DNA from: Macrostomum hystrix
Lineage: Eukaryota > Animalia > Platyhelminthes
DNA length: 64,000 bases
NCBI GenBank assembly: GCA_950097015.1
Contig: CATNEN010000039.1
Span: 4,526,001-4,590,000 of the forward strand
Reading direction: 5' to 3'
Of the stretch, positions 12,365 to 23,559 are shown in pieces. Under the pieces are notes generated by a model. That model was not told where the DNA came from, did not search any database, and saw only the letters and a program-made list of their open reading frames with translations. The translations under genes were made by a program, and so were the position numbers. Numbering within the stretch: the stretch's first letter is position 1; every line of letters begins with the position of its first letter.

Positions 12365-15300
12365 TCACTGACTTGGCGCCCTGGATGTGGCCACGCCGAC
12401 CACTCCCACGCAGTCGCCAGCGCCTCCGCTGCCGCTACTGGCTGCCAGATCGTTTCCAAAGGAGCCCAAGCCGCCGCCAACAACACTGGGAAACATGGCC
12501 TGCTGCTGCTGGTGATGATGATGCATGTGGTGCTGGTCGAACATGAGCGGCGATGCCGATGACACCGCCGGCGAAGAATTCGTATAGCCGAGCAAAGAGG
12601 TCTGGCCTCCGCCGCCCCAGTAGTCCGCGGAGCTGCTCACGGGCACCGGCGCCATCATCGTCTTGAGCTCCACGAGCTCGCGCTCCTTGGTCTGCAGGAG
12701 ACCTGCGAGCCGGAACGGGGATTTCATTGAAAAGTAACATTTAGCAGCAGTCAGCTGAGTGGCAGAGTGGTTGACGCGTTTGTCTCTCGCATCAAGGTCC
12801 CTGAGCTCGATTCCGCGGCGAGGCCACATTTTCGATTTGGGGGCGGAGAGAAGGTTTAGGGGCTTGTTGTGCAATTGAGAGCCATTGATGGCCCTTGAGG
12901 GTCAACCTCCAAGGCACATTGAGAGTGTACACTGCCTGACGATGAGAAAGTCAGGGCTGATGTACACACATTTGTGAGTTTCAAAGTGGGTCAGAAAACT
13001 TACTATATTCTGAAAGAGCTAGCTGAACATCCAAGGAGTTTTGCACTCCGGGGGTCAGCTGACCACAGAAGGAATTTTACAATTGGGGTGGGGGTCAGCT
13101 GACCACAGAAGGAATTTTACAATTGGGGTGGGGTTCAGGTGACCACAGAATGAATTTTACAATTGGGGTGGGGGTCAGCTGACCACAGAAGAAATTTTAC
13201 AATTGGGGTGGGGTTCAACTGACCATAGAAGGAATTTTACATTCGGAGGGGGGGTCAGCTGACCACAAAATGAATTTTACAATTGGGTGGGGGTCAGCTG
13301 ACCACAAAATGAATTTTACAATTGGGTGGGGGTCAGCTGACCACAAAATGAATTTTACAATTGGGTGGGGGTCAGCTGACCACAGAGGGAATTTTACAAT
13401 TGGGGTGGGGGTCAGCTGACCACAGAAGGAATTTTACAATTGGGGTGGGGTTCAGGTGACCACAGAATGAATTTTACAATTGGGGTGGGGGTCAGCTGAC
13501 CACAGAAGGAATTTTACATTCGGGGGGGGGGGTCAGCTGACCACAGAAGGAATTTTACATTCGGGGGGGGGTCAGCTGACCACAAAATGAATTTTACATA
13601 GCTATTAGCCACCCAATAGACAAGTATTGCCCCACTCACTCTGAACATAGTCCATATCGCGCCTGGCCTTGTGCAGAGCAGACAGCAGGTCCTGCTTCAT
13701 CTTGTTCTCGTCGCGCAAAGCCTGGTCTAGAACAGCGTTCTTCTCTTTCATGGCGTTCAGTGCGGTCATGAGCACCTCCCGCTCGCGACTCTCCTCACGC
13801 ATCTTGGCCAGCTCGCGCAGCTCAGCCTCGCGCGCTCGGGCTGACTCCTCCTTGGATCGGAGATCCCGGCGGACGGATTTGAGTTCCGACTCGAGTTGCG
13901 TGCTGTTGCGGACGGGTTGCGGACGGTTTCGATTGAGTTTTGTAGGGCCCCCTGTACTGCTTGTAAGCGCTCGAAAAAAAATCACAATGGGCGGGTCAAA
14001 GCGGGTCCATTGGTCAAAAACAGATTAATAGAGGGTCAAAGTTTCAGACTTTGAGTCATTGAGTAAAAAATTGTCAATTGATTAAAGAGAGTCAACTGAT
14101 CAAAGAAGGGGTCAATGGGTCAGAGAATGGGTCAATGGGTCAGAGAAGGGGTCAATGGGTCAGAGAATGGGTCAATGGGTCAGAGAATGGGTCAATAGGT
14201 CAAAGAAGGGTTTAATTGGTCAGAGAATGGGTCAATGGGTCAGAGAATGTGTAAATAGGTCAGAGAAGTGGTCAATGGGTCAGAGAAGGGGTCAATGGGT
14301 CAGAGAAGGGGTCAATGGGTCAGAGAATGGGTCAATGGGTCAGAGAAGTGGTCAATGGGTCAGAGAATGGGTCAATGGGTCAAAGAAGGGTTTAATTGGT
14401 CAGAGAATGGGTCAATTGGTCAGAGAATGGGTCAATTGGACAGAGAATGGGTCAATAGGTCAAAGAAGGGTTTAATAGGTCAGAGAATGGGTCAAAGAAT
14501 GTGTAAATAGGTCAGAGAAGTGGTCAATGGGTCAGAGAAGGGGTCAATGGGTCAGAGAATGGGTCAATGGGTCAGAGAAGTGGTCAATGGGTCAGAGAAT
14601 GGGTCAATGGGTCAAAGAAGGGTTTAATTGGTCAGAGAATGGGTCAATTGGTCAGAGAATGTGTAAATGGGTCAGAGAAGTGGTCAATGGGTCAGAGAAG
14701 GGTTTAATTGATCAGAGAATGGGTCAATGGGTCAGAGAATGTGTAAATGGGTCAGAGAAGTGGTCAATGGGTCAGAGAAGGATTTCAATGGGTCAAAGAA
14801 GGGTTTAATTGGTCAATGAAGGGGTCAATGGGTCAGAGAAGGGCCGAAGGAGTCAATGGGTCAAAGAAGGAGGTCGATAGGTCAAAGAAGGGGTCGATGG
14901 GTCAGTCCTAATCGCTACCTACCGTCGGGTCCTGCAGTGCTCAGAGGTGCACTCATTATTCTGCCGCACTGTGCACAGATTCGATAGCAGCTCCTCCTTG
15001 GCCCGTCGTTCCCTGTCCAAGGCCGCCTCGGTGGCCTGCCGCACCTTGCGCTCCTCCGCCAGCTTCTTTTCCAGCTGCTGGCAGTTGGCCTTGTCTGTCT
15101 GGCTGCGCTGGACTAGATTGTGCAGCCGGTTCTGCAGGGACTCATTGTCCTGCCTAACTGAGCTCAGCTCCATTCGCACCTGCTTCTCGGCGCCAGCCAG
15201 GTTGGCCAACTGGGAGCGCAGATCGGATTCCACGCTGCGCGATGACTGCAGATCGCCGCGCAGGCGTTTCACGTCAGTCTCGAGGCGCAGGTAGCACGGG

Positions 15301-18300
15301 TCCGTGTTCAGCACCTGAGTCGGATTGGATCACATTGGGACATTTAGTACTCAGGATATAACAGTAGCATGGCACACCCTGCTGCCGAGAATGGCACCCT
15401 GCTACTGAGAATGACACCCTGCTACTGAGAATGACACCCTGCTACTGAGAATGACACTCTGCTACTGAGAATGACACCCTGCTACTGAGAATGACACCCT
15501 GCTGCTGAGATGACACACAGCTGCTGAGAATGACACCCTGCTACTGAGAATGACACCCTGCTACTGAGAATGTCACCCTGCTACTGACAATGACACCCTG
15601 CTACTGACAATGACACCCTGCTGTTGAGATGACACAGCTGCTGAGAATTACACCCTGCTAATGAGAATGACACCCTGCTACTGACAATGACACCCTGCTG
15701 TTGAGATGACACAGCTGCTGAGAATTACACCCTGCTACTGAGAATGACACCCTGAGAGCTACTGATATTGACACCCTGCTGCTGGGAATGACACCCTGCT
15801 GCTGATAATGACACCCTGCTACTGATATTGACACCCTGCAGCTAAGATGACACCCTGCTGATGAGAATGACAGCATGCTGCTGATAATGATACCCTGCTA
15901 CTGACAATGACACCCTGCTGCCGAGAATGACACCCTGCTACTGAGAATGACACCCTGCTACTGAGAATGACACCCTGCTGCTGAGATGACACAGCTGCTG
16001 AGAATTACACCCTGCTACTGAGAATGACACCCTGCTGCTGAGATGACACAGCTGCTGAGAATTACACCCTGCTACTGAGAATGACACAGCTGCTGAGAAT
16101 TACACCCTGCTACTGAGAATGACACCCTGAGAGCTACTGATATTGACACCCTGCTGCTGAGATGACACAGCTGCTGAGAATTACACCCTGCTGCTGATAT
16201 TGACACCCTGCTACTGATATTGACACCCTGCAGCTAAGATGACACCCTGCTGATGAGAATGACACCCTGCTGCTGAGATTGACTCCTACAGGATGGAAAA
16301 CAAATATCAGTCAAAAGTGGCATTTGAACTGCTAAAATTCTCACCTTTTTCTTTGGCCCGTCCTTGCCACCGCCTCCCAGCTTCTTGACATTTTTGTAGC
16401 TTGTTTTCGCGCAACCGGCGCTAGACTCTTCCTCGTGCTGGGGCGCGTTTAAATTAACATCTGGCCTCTGCTGCTGCTGTTGCAGCTGTTGTTGTCCTGC
16501 CTGCTGCTGCTTCTCGCAGAACTCCTGACTACCGGATATGCTTTCGTCGTGCCCGGACGCCACGGAGGCTGCCGCTACAGCTGCCGCGGCGAGCTTCTTC
16601 ATGAGGCCCACCCCGCCGCCCGAGGCCACCCCTCCGCCCGAGGCCACCCCGGTGACTGACGGAGTGTCGTCGGAGTCCACGATCTCGTTATAGTGTCCAT
16701 TATGCTGCTGGCCGTCTTCGTTCTCAACTCCTCCGCCGCTGCCGACGCCGCCATTGGTTTCAGACGGTGGCAGGCCCAGCGCCTTGTCTAACAGATCAAA
16801 GTGGAAACTGTTGCGCTGCCGCACCTGGGGATGGGGGGGCCGAGTTCTGTCAGCTGGCTGGACAATTGCATATGAATTTACTTAACTGATAATAAATACT
16901 ATCAATAATAGTCCCTCGATCCCCTACATGAATTCACAAAAATTATCATAATTTAATCCCAATATATGACAAGCGAAAATCCAAAAAATTAATTTTTAAT
17001 TATTGTCAATTCCTCAATCCTCAACCTCAATCCTTGACAATTGTCAATCCCCTAACCTCAGTCCTTGACAATTGTCTATCCCGTAACCTCAATCCTTGAC
17101 AATTGTCTATCCCCTAACCTCAGTCCTTGACAATTGTCTATAACTTAAACCCCAATCCTTGACAATTGTCAATCCCGTAAACTCAATCCCTGACAATTGT
17201 CTATCCCCTAACCTCAATCCTTGACAATTGTCTATCCCCTAACCTCAGTCCTTGACAATTGTCTATCCCCTAACCTCAGTCCTTGACAATTGTCAATCCC
17301 CTAACCTCAGTCCTTGACAATTGTCTATCCCCTAACCTCAGTCCTTGACAATTGTCTATCCCCTAACCTCAGTCCTTGACAATTGTCAATCCCCTAACCT
17401 CAGTCCTTGACAATTGTCTATCCCCTAACCTCAGTCCTTGACAATTGTCAATCCCCTAACCTCAGTCCTTGACAATTGTCAATCCCCTAACCTCAGTCCT
17501 TGACAATTGTCTATCCCCTAACCTCAGTCCTTGACAATTGTCAATCCCCTAACCTCAGTCCTTGACAATTGTCTATAACTTAAACCCCAATCCTTGACAA
17601 TTGTCAATCCCCTAACTTCAGTCCTTGACAATTGTCAATCCCGCAAACTCAATCCCTGACAATTGTCTATCCCCTAACCTCAATCCTTGACAATTGTCTA
17701 TCCCCTAACCTCAGTCCTTGACAATTGTCTATCCCCTAACCTCAATCCTTGACAATTGTCAATCCCCTAACCTCAATCCTTGACAATTGTCTATCCCCTA
17801 ACCTCAGTCCTTGACAATTGTCTATCCCCTAACCTCAGTCCTTGACAATTGTCAATCCCCTAACCTCAGTCCTTGACAATTGTCTATCCCCTAACCTCAG
17901 TCCTTGACAATTGTCAATCCCCTAACCTCAGTCCTTGACAATTGTCTATCCCCTAACCTCAATCATTGACAATTGTCTATCCCCTAACCTCAATCCTTGA
18001 CAATTGTCAATCCCCTAACCTCAATCCTTGACAATTGTCTATCCCCTAACCTCAATCCTTGACAATTGTCAATCCCCTAACCTCAGTCCTTGACAATTGT
18101 CTATCCCTTAACCTCAATCCTTGACAATTGTCAATCCCGTAAACTCAATCCCTGACAATTGTCTATCCCCTAACCTCAATCCTTGACAATTGTCTATCCC
18201 CTAACCCCGATCCTTGACAATTGTCTATCCCCTAACCCCGATCCTTGACAATTGTCAATTCCCTAACCTCAATCCTTGACAATTGTCTATCCCCTAACCC

Positions 18301-21300
18301 CGATCCTTGACAATTGTCTATCCCCTAACCCCGATCCTTGACAATTGTCTATCCCCTAACCCCGATCCTTGACAATTGTCTATCCCCTAACCCCGATCCT
18401 TGACAATTGTCTATCCCCTAACCCCGATCCTTGACAATTGTCTATCCCCTAACCCCGATCCTTGACAATTGTCTATCCCCTAACCCCGATCCTTGACAAT
18501 TGTCTATCCCCTAACCTCTATCTTTGAGACAAAAAAAATTTTAATCCTCCCTTTCGATAATATAACCTTTTTATTAATTCGAAATCATGAAAATCCCTCA
18601 TCTTTTACTCCTAATCCCCCGAAAATTGAAAGTACACAGTGCACAGTAACACACAAACCTCGTGCTGTTTTCTTAGTCGATACCTGTAGCACAGATAAGT
18701 TTTGAAACCAAAGCCCAGCGTTACAATGGGATAACCAATTGAATGTGCGGCAAATGGTCGGCACAGGTCCATGTTGAATGGCAGATTTCGCATCTGGCGC
18801 AGGCGAATGGAGAATTCCACGTAGACAAACAGAGTCCACAGGAGTATGGTGGGGATGCTGACGCCGCGCTCTATTGAGTCAGTTTAATTTGAAAAAATTG
18901 ACTAGGTATCGTATATGGTAGACAGGATTGTGGGTGAATAGGCAGAATGGTGGGTGAATAGACTGAATGGTGATTGAATAGACAGAATGGTGATTGAATA
19001 GACAGAATGGTGATTGAATAGACTGAATGGTGAGTGAATAGACTGAATGGTGAGTGAATAGACAGAATGGTGAGTGAATAGACAGAATGGTGAGTGAATA
19101 GACAGAATGGTGAGTGAATAGACAGAATGGTGAGTGAATAGACTGAATGGTGAGTGAATAGACAGAATGGTGATTGAATAGACAGAATGGTGAGTGAATA
19201 TACAGAATGGTGAGTGAATAGACTGAATGGTGAGTGAATAGACTGAATGGTGATTGAATAGACAGAACGGTGAGTGAATAGACTGAATGGTGATTGAATA
19301 GACAGAATGTAGAGTGAATAGACTGAATGGTGATTGAATAGACAGAATGGTGAGTGAATATACAGAATGGTGAGTGAATAGACAGAATGTAGAGTGAATA
19401 GACTGAATGGTGATTGAATAGACAGAATGGTGAGTGAATAGACTGAATGGTGATTGAATAGACAGAATGTAGAGTGAATAGACTGAATGGTGATTGAATA
19501 GACAGAATGGTGAGTGAATATACAGAATGGTGAGTGAATAGACTGAATGGTGATTGAATAGACAGAATGGTGAGTGAATAGACTGAATGGTGATTGAATA
19601 GACAGAATGGTGGGTGAATAGACAGAATGGTGAGTGAATAGACACAATGGTGGGTGAATAGACAAAATGGTGGGTGAATAGACAGAATGGTGGGTGAATA
19701 GACTGAATGGTGATTGAATAGACAGAATGGTGAGTGAATAGACAGAATGGTGAGTGAATAGACTGAATGGTGATTGAATAGACAGAATGGTGATTGAATA
19801 GACAGAATGGTGATTGAATAGACAGAATGGTGATTGAATAGACAGAATGGTGATTGAATAGACAGAATGGTGATTGAATAGACAGAATGGTGAGTGAATA
19901 GACAGAATGGTGATTGAATAGACAGAATGGTGATTGAATAGACAGAATGGTGAGTGAATAGACAGAATGGTGATTGAATAGACTGAATGGTGAGTGAATA
20001 GACAGAATGGTGAGTGAATAGACAGAATGGTGGGTGAATAGACAGAATGGTGAGTGAATAGACAGAATGGTGAGTGAATAGACAGAATGGTGAGTGAATA
20101 GACAGAATGGTGGGTGAATAGACAGAATGGTGAGTGAAGAAGCAGACGGTGGGTGAATAGACAGAATGGTAGTTGATGGACAGAATGACAAGCAAGTCAA
20201 ACCGAGCCTCACCAGAGTTCCAAACGAACTGTACCCAAACGTAGGTGCTAGCCAAAAAGAATAGCCAGTGCACTGGAACAAACAGGTAGAGCATGACATC
20301 AGAAGTCAGGCCCAGGCAGAGGAAGAACAATAGAAACATGATCCCCTGGTAGCGATAGGAGTCGTGTAGAGAGCGGAGCAGCAGCCAGCAAGGCCAGAGG
20401 TACTCGAACCGGAATTCCAATAGAAAGTCTAGCATCAGTACTCCAGCCCATATTAACAGGAATTTCAGGTAGAGCAGAACCCTGTTATGAGTTATAGAAA
20501 TATAAATGGTATTTTTGTTAATAAAAAAGAATGGGTCATACTTTATTATAGTTATTGTATTTTTTTGTGGGTACAGTTAAGTATCCCAGAGTAAAATTTA
20601 CTGCTAGTAGACAATAAACATAAAACTTGTTTATCATTAACCCAAATTCAGAAAATGAATAATTTTGAATTTAAATACAAAGACAAATAACTGCTTAAAT
20701 AATAAACTGACTAATTATAGAATGGCTATAGAATATAACTGCTTATAATATTATACCTACAGAATAATCATATTGTAAAGGCCAAGCTATAGTCACATTC
20801 CCAGGGCTGACTCCCGCGTTTTTCGGCAGCGTGTGTTTGCTGCAGTTTTCTAACCTCCGCAGCATCCGTTATTATTATAAAGGCCAAGCATTTTACTCAT
20901 TAATAATCCTATTTATAATGCGTACACAAAAAACTCATTTGAAAATTGACATTATAAACCTATAGAAAATCAACTTTGAATTGTGACCACTATTAAGCTT
21001 GAAATGCAGAATCCAAAAGAGACTTCAAAGTTCTAATGATTGGAATATTCTGACTTTTAATTAGTTGTAAAATGCTTAGTCCATACTTTATCTTGCATAG
21101 AGCAAACTGGAGTGAAATTTTCTTGCATGCATTAAACTTTAAACTGCCTACTCCACATCATTGTATAAATCATCAGTACCAGAGGTCCATAAATTACCAT
21201 TGTATGCTTTTTTATTTTTTTCTGGTATTCTATGAAATTGTGCAACTGAATAGGACTATATAAATCAAACCTACATTTAAATGCAAAAGATTTAAGATGC

Positions 21301-21598
21301 TCAGTGTGCATCTTGGCATATCTTTTAAATGCCTAACTAAATGTATTGGAATGTGTTGAGCTAAAATAGTTTAACTCGCAGCTCGCAGAAATATTTAATA
21401 TGATTGTGCAATAAGAGATGACATATTTAGGCCCTTTAAGAAAACGGTACTAGAAAAATACCAACAAGAATAATCCACAACTGTCTTAAACTCATAAGAA
21501 CCTCACCCTGAGTTCGATGACTCTACAAACTTGCTTCTTCTGCTTGATCTTCCACGTTTAGGCATGTCAAGCGGTGGCAAGCGACGTCGAAAATGCAT
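12365..21598 (-). CDS. MACO1: Macoilin (TMEM57/MACO1 family), 7 exons
   Basis: Exons ~21598-21507, 20481-20213, 18870-18659, 16824-16345, 15314-14923, 13902-13640, 12702-12365, all GT-AG with compatible phases. Family motifs [52 protein letters not shown], coiled coil [17 protein letters not shown] and [12 protein letters not shown]. Alternative in-frame ATG at 21565. Confidence 0.93.
12748..12978 (+). mobile_element. tRNA-derived SINE family 1, full-length copy (last intron of macoilin)
   Basis: A-box TGGCAGAGTGG, CTCGCA anticodon-like loop, B-box-like GCTCGATTCC, body GGCGGAGAGAAGG..GGGGCTTGT.GTGCAATT, 3' hairpin; 5 related copies in the window. Confidence 0.8.
13049..13599. repeat. Minisatellite, 39-40-bp unit GGGGTCAGCTGACCACAGAAGGAATTTTACAATTGGGGTG
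   Basis: Direct reading; macoilin intron 6. Confidence 0.94.
14098..14905. repeat. Minisatellite, 20-bp unit GGGTCAATGGGTCAGAGAA(T/G)
   Basis: Direct reading; macoilin intron 5. Confidence 0.93.
15373..16280. repeat. Minisatellite, 20-bp unit GCTACTGAGAATGACACCCT
   Basis: Direct reading; macoilin intron 4. Confidence 0.93.
17022..18518. repeat. Minisatellite, 31-bp unit CCTTGACAATTGTC(T/A)ATCCCCTAACCTCA(G/A)T, ~48 copies
   Basis: Direct reading; macoilin intron 3. Confidence 0.96.
18930..20188. repeat. Minisatellite, 20-bp unit GACAGAATGGTGA(G/T)TGAATA, ~60 copies
   Basis: Direct reading; macoilin intron 2. Confidence 0.96.
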
Positions 21599-21990
21599 TA
21601 TTAACTTGATTAACAATTTTCGTAAAATAACAGAAAACAACTAGACGCCACTTTTTCTCTTAACCGGAATAACAAAAAACGACAGAGTCTTGTTTGCAGA
21701 GTAAAAATTTTAGGCGTTTTGGAGAGTGCCTCATTGAAATAATTTTATTGAGAAATGTTTTGACAATCGAAAAAATATATTAAGGCAGACGATCTTTTAT
21801 TTTTCGTTTTGTGTATCCCTATTTATTCCCGCTTTCGAGATATATTTATCTTCTCGCTCTTATCTTAAATATTATTCTTTAGTCATTTAACATAATATTG
21901 AAGCATATATTCAAGCAAACGAAAAATTTATACATGTGTACGCTGTATGGATGAGTTTGGGTTGATCTTGTGCAAGCGAGTGACTCAACG

Positions 21991-22050
21991 TTAAACCAGT
22001 GAGTCGAAGCCAGGCGGTTGGCACGGCGGGCGCAAGTTCGAACCTGGCCC
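21991..22050. repeat. Ngaro terminal B2 repeat (60 bp)
   Basis: TTAAACCAGTGAGTCG...GTTCGAACCTGGCCC, identical to 22359-22418. Confidence 0.85.
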
Positions 22051-22358
22051 TTAGGAATCGAGCATTATCAATGTGCTAACTCAAATTTTATTTTTTTTTA
22101 TGAGCGAGCCGAAGGCAATTTAAAAGAGAAACACTATTCATTGTGAATTAAAAGCAAGAAACATTGACGCAAAAAAATCAATAAGCCTCTCGGAGAGATG
22201 CGCCGGCGCACAGCGCGCTACACTAAATAGGGCTGGGCAAGGCAGACCCCAAGAGGGGGGCGGCCCCGCGACCAGGCAACGTACATGCACCCCCGCACCA
22301 ATGCAAAAGCCCCCAACCCCCAGTTTAACCTCCAACCAAGCTACGCTCGGTCGGACCA

Positions 22359-22418
22359 TTAAACCAGTGAGTCGAAGCCAGGCGGTTGGCACGGCGGGCG
22401 CAAGTTCGAACCTGGCCC
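22359..22418. repeat. Ngaro B1 repeat (60 bp)
   Basis: Identical to 21991-22050; 46 bp downstream of the YR stop. Confidence 0.85.
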
Positions 22419-22464
22419 AAACCCAAAATGGAAAGGAGAAGCAGGGAACAGAAATTAGTTAGAG

Positions 22465-23420
22465 TTAGAGAGCGCCCAGGCAACGCGCCAGCCCATGCAC
22501 GGCTGCCCTTGCATCCGAGTCCTGCACAGACAGATAGCGAAACACAGAGCCGCTCTTCCAGTCACCTAGCTGCTTGATTACCGGCAGAGGAACACCGAGC
22601 TGCATCGCCATCGTAGCGCCGCCACGCCGCAGCCCGTGGCCTGTGAAGACACGCGGCGAAAAACCCGCCGCAGCGCACAGAGATCGGAGGCGGCCATCGA
22701 AACCGCTAGCTGTCAGGGCCGTCCAACCGTTCGCCGACCTGGTCGCAAAAAGATGAACAGGACCAGGGGCTTGATCCACCAGGTTGGCGGCCAGCTGCTG
22801 CTTCAGAGCTCGGTACGGGCAAATGGCCTCTAGCCCGCCATCTGGAAGCTTCGGAAGAAACACCCGCTGAACTCTGTCGCCAAACTGGTTCGTCTTGGAA
22901 TGCTTCACTACCAGCTCACAGTCGCGCTCCGAGAAGGTGACACTCGACGCTGACAAATCGAGCACCAGATCGAGCTCCCCAGCCTGCGTGGTGACATTCG
23001 CCTTTCGCAGCATTCCCCTCCAGGCCGTCAGAATCGCCGACCAAAAAGCGATGTCCTTGCGGGATTTCTGGTCAAGATAGGCGTGCAGCCTGAGAAGATC
23101 GGCGACTCGGATTGGCTCTTTCGAGTGCTGCTGTCGACCGAGAAACCGGCGAAGGCCGCGAAGCACCCACTTGACCATCGGTGTCTCGCACGGGTCCGGC
23201 CGAACAATCGCTCTGAAGTACAGAGAGACTGCGTTCGCATACGCATGGCAACTTCGGAAAGCGGTCAGCCGATTGGACAGCTCAGCCAGGTATTCAGCCA
23301 CGTGTACCGGCTGCGCTCGGGCTGGTGTCAAGCGCTTGGAACTGCAGAACCGCAACCAGGACGCGAGCTGCGACCGGTAACTCCGCTTCGTGTGGGGAGC
23401 GAATGCATTGCCGAGGAGAA
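22465..23420 (-). CDS. Tyrosine recombinase of the Ngaro element (frame open)
   Basis: Catalytic motifs MLRKAN (R), SKTNQFG (K), TGHGLRRGGAT (HxxR), LGDWKSGSVFRY (W,Y); N-terminal AFAPHTKRSY helix upstream of the ORF-track start at 23355. Confidence 0.9.
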
Positions 23421-23559
23421 ATGCGCAGCGCTGGCTGAGGCGGTCGGGAGCCTGGCGCGGAGGGCCTGCAAAAAGAGAAAGGCGGAAGCAGAACGGCAGA
23501 AAGCGTGGCTTGGAATTTCAGTAGCGCTACAGTTAACTGTTCCATACACACGCAATAAA

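Noticed and set aside
12925-12970. Hammerhead ribozyme in the SINE tail (CTGACGA-TGA-GAAA)
   Set aside because: Only 3 nt between the core boxes, so no stem II; CTGAC pairs with GTCAG in a simple hairpin; the 28.8-kb copy lacks the CTGA core
21991-22050. HDV-like ribozyme or tRNA in the Ngaro B repeat (contains GTTCGAACC)
   Set aside because: No P3/L3 nested pseudoknot or cloverleaf could be built
22465-23355. Phage integrase / bacterial contamination
   Set aside because: The YR follows RT-RNase H and precedes split repeats, as in eukaryotic Ngaro elements
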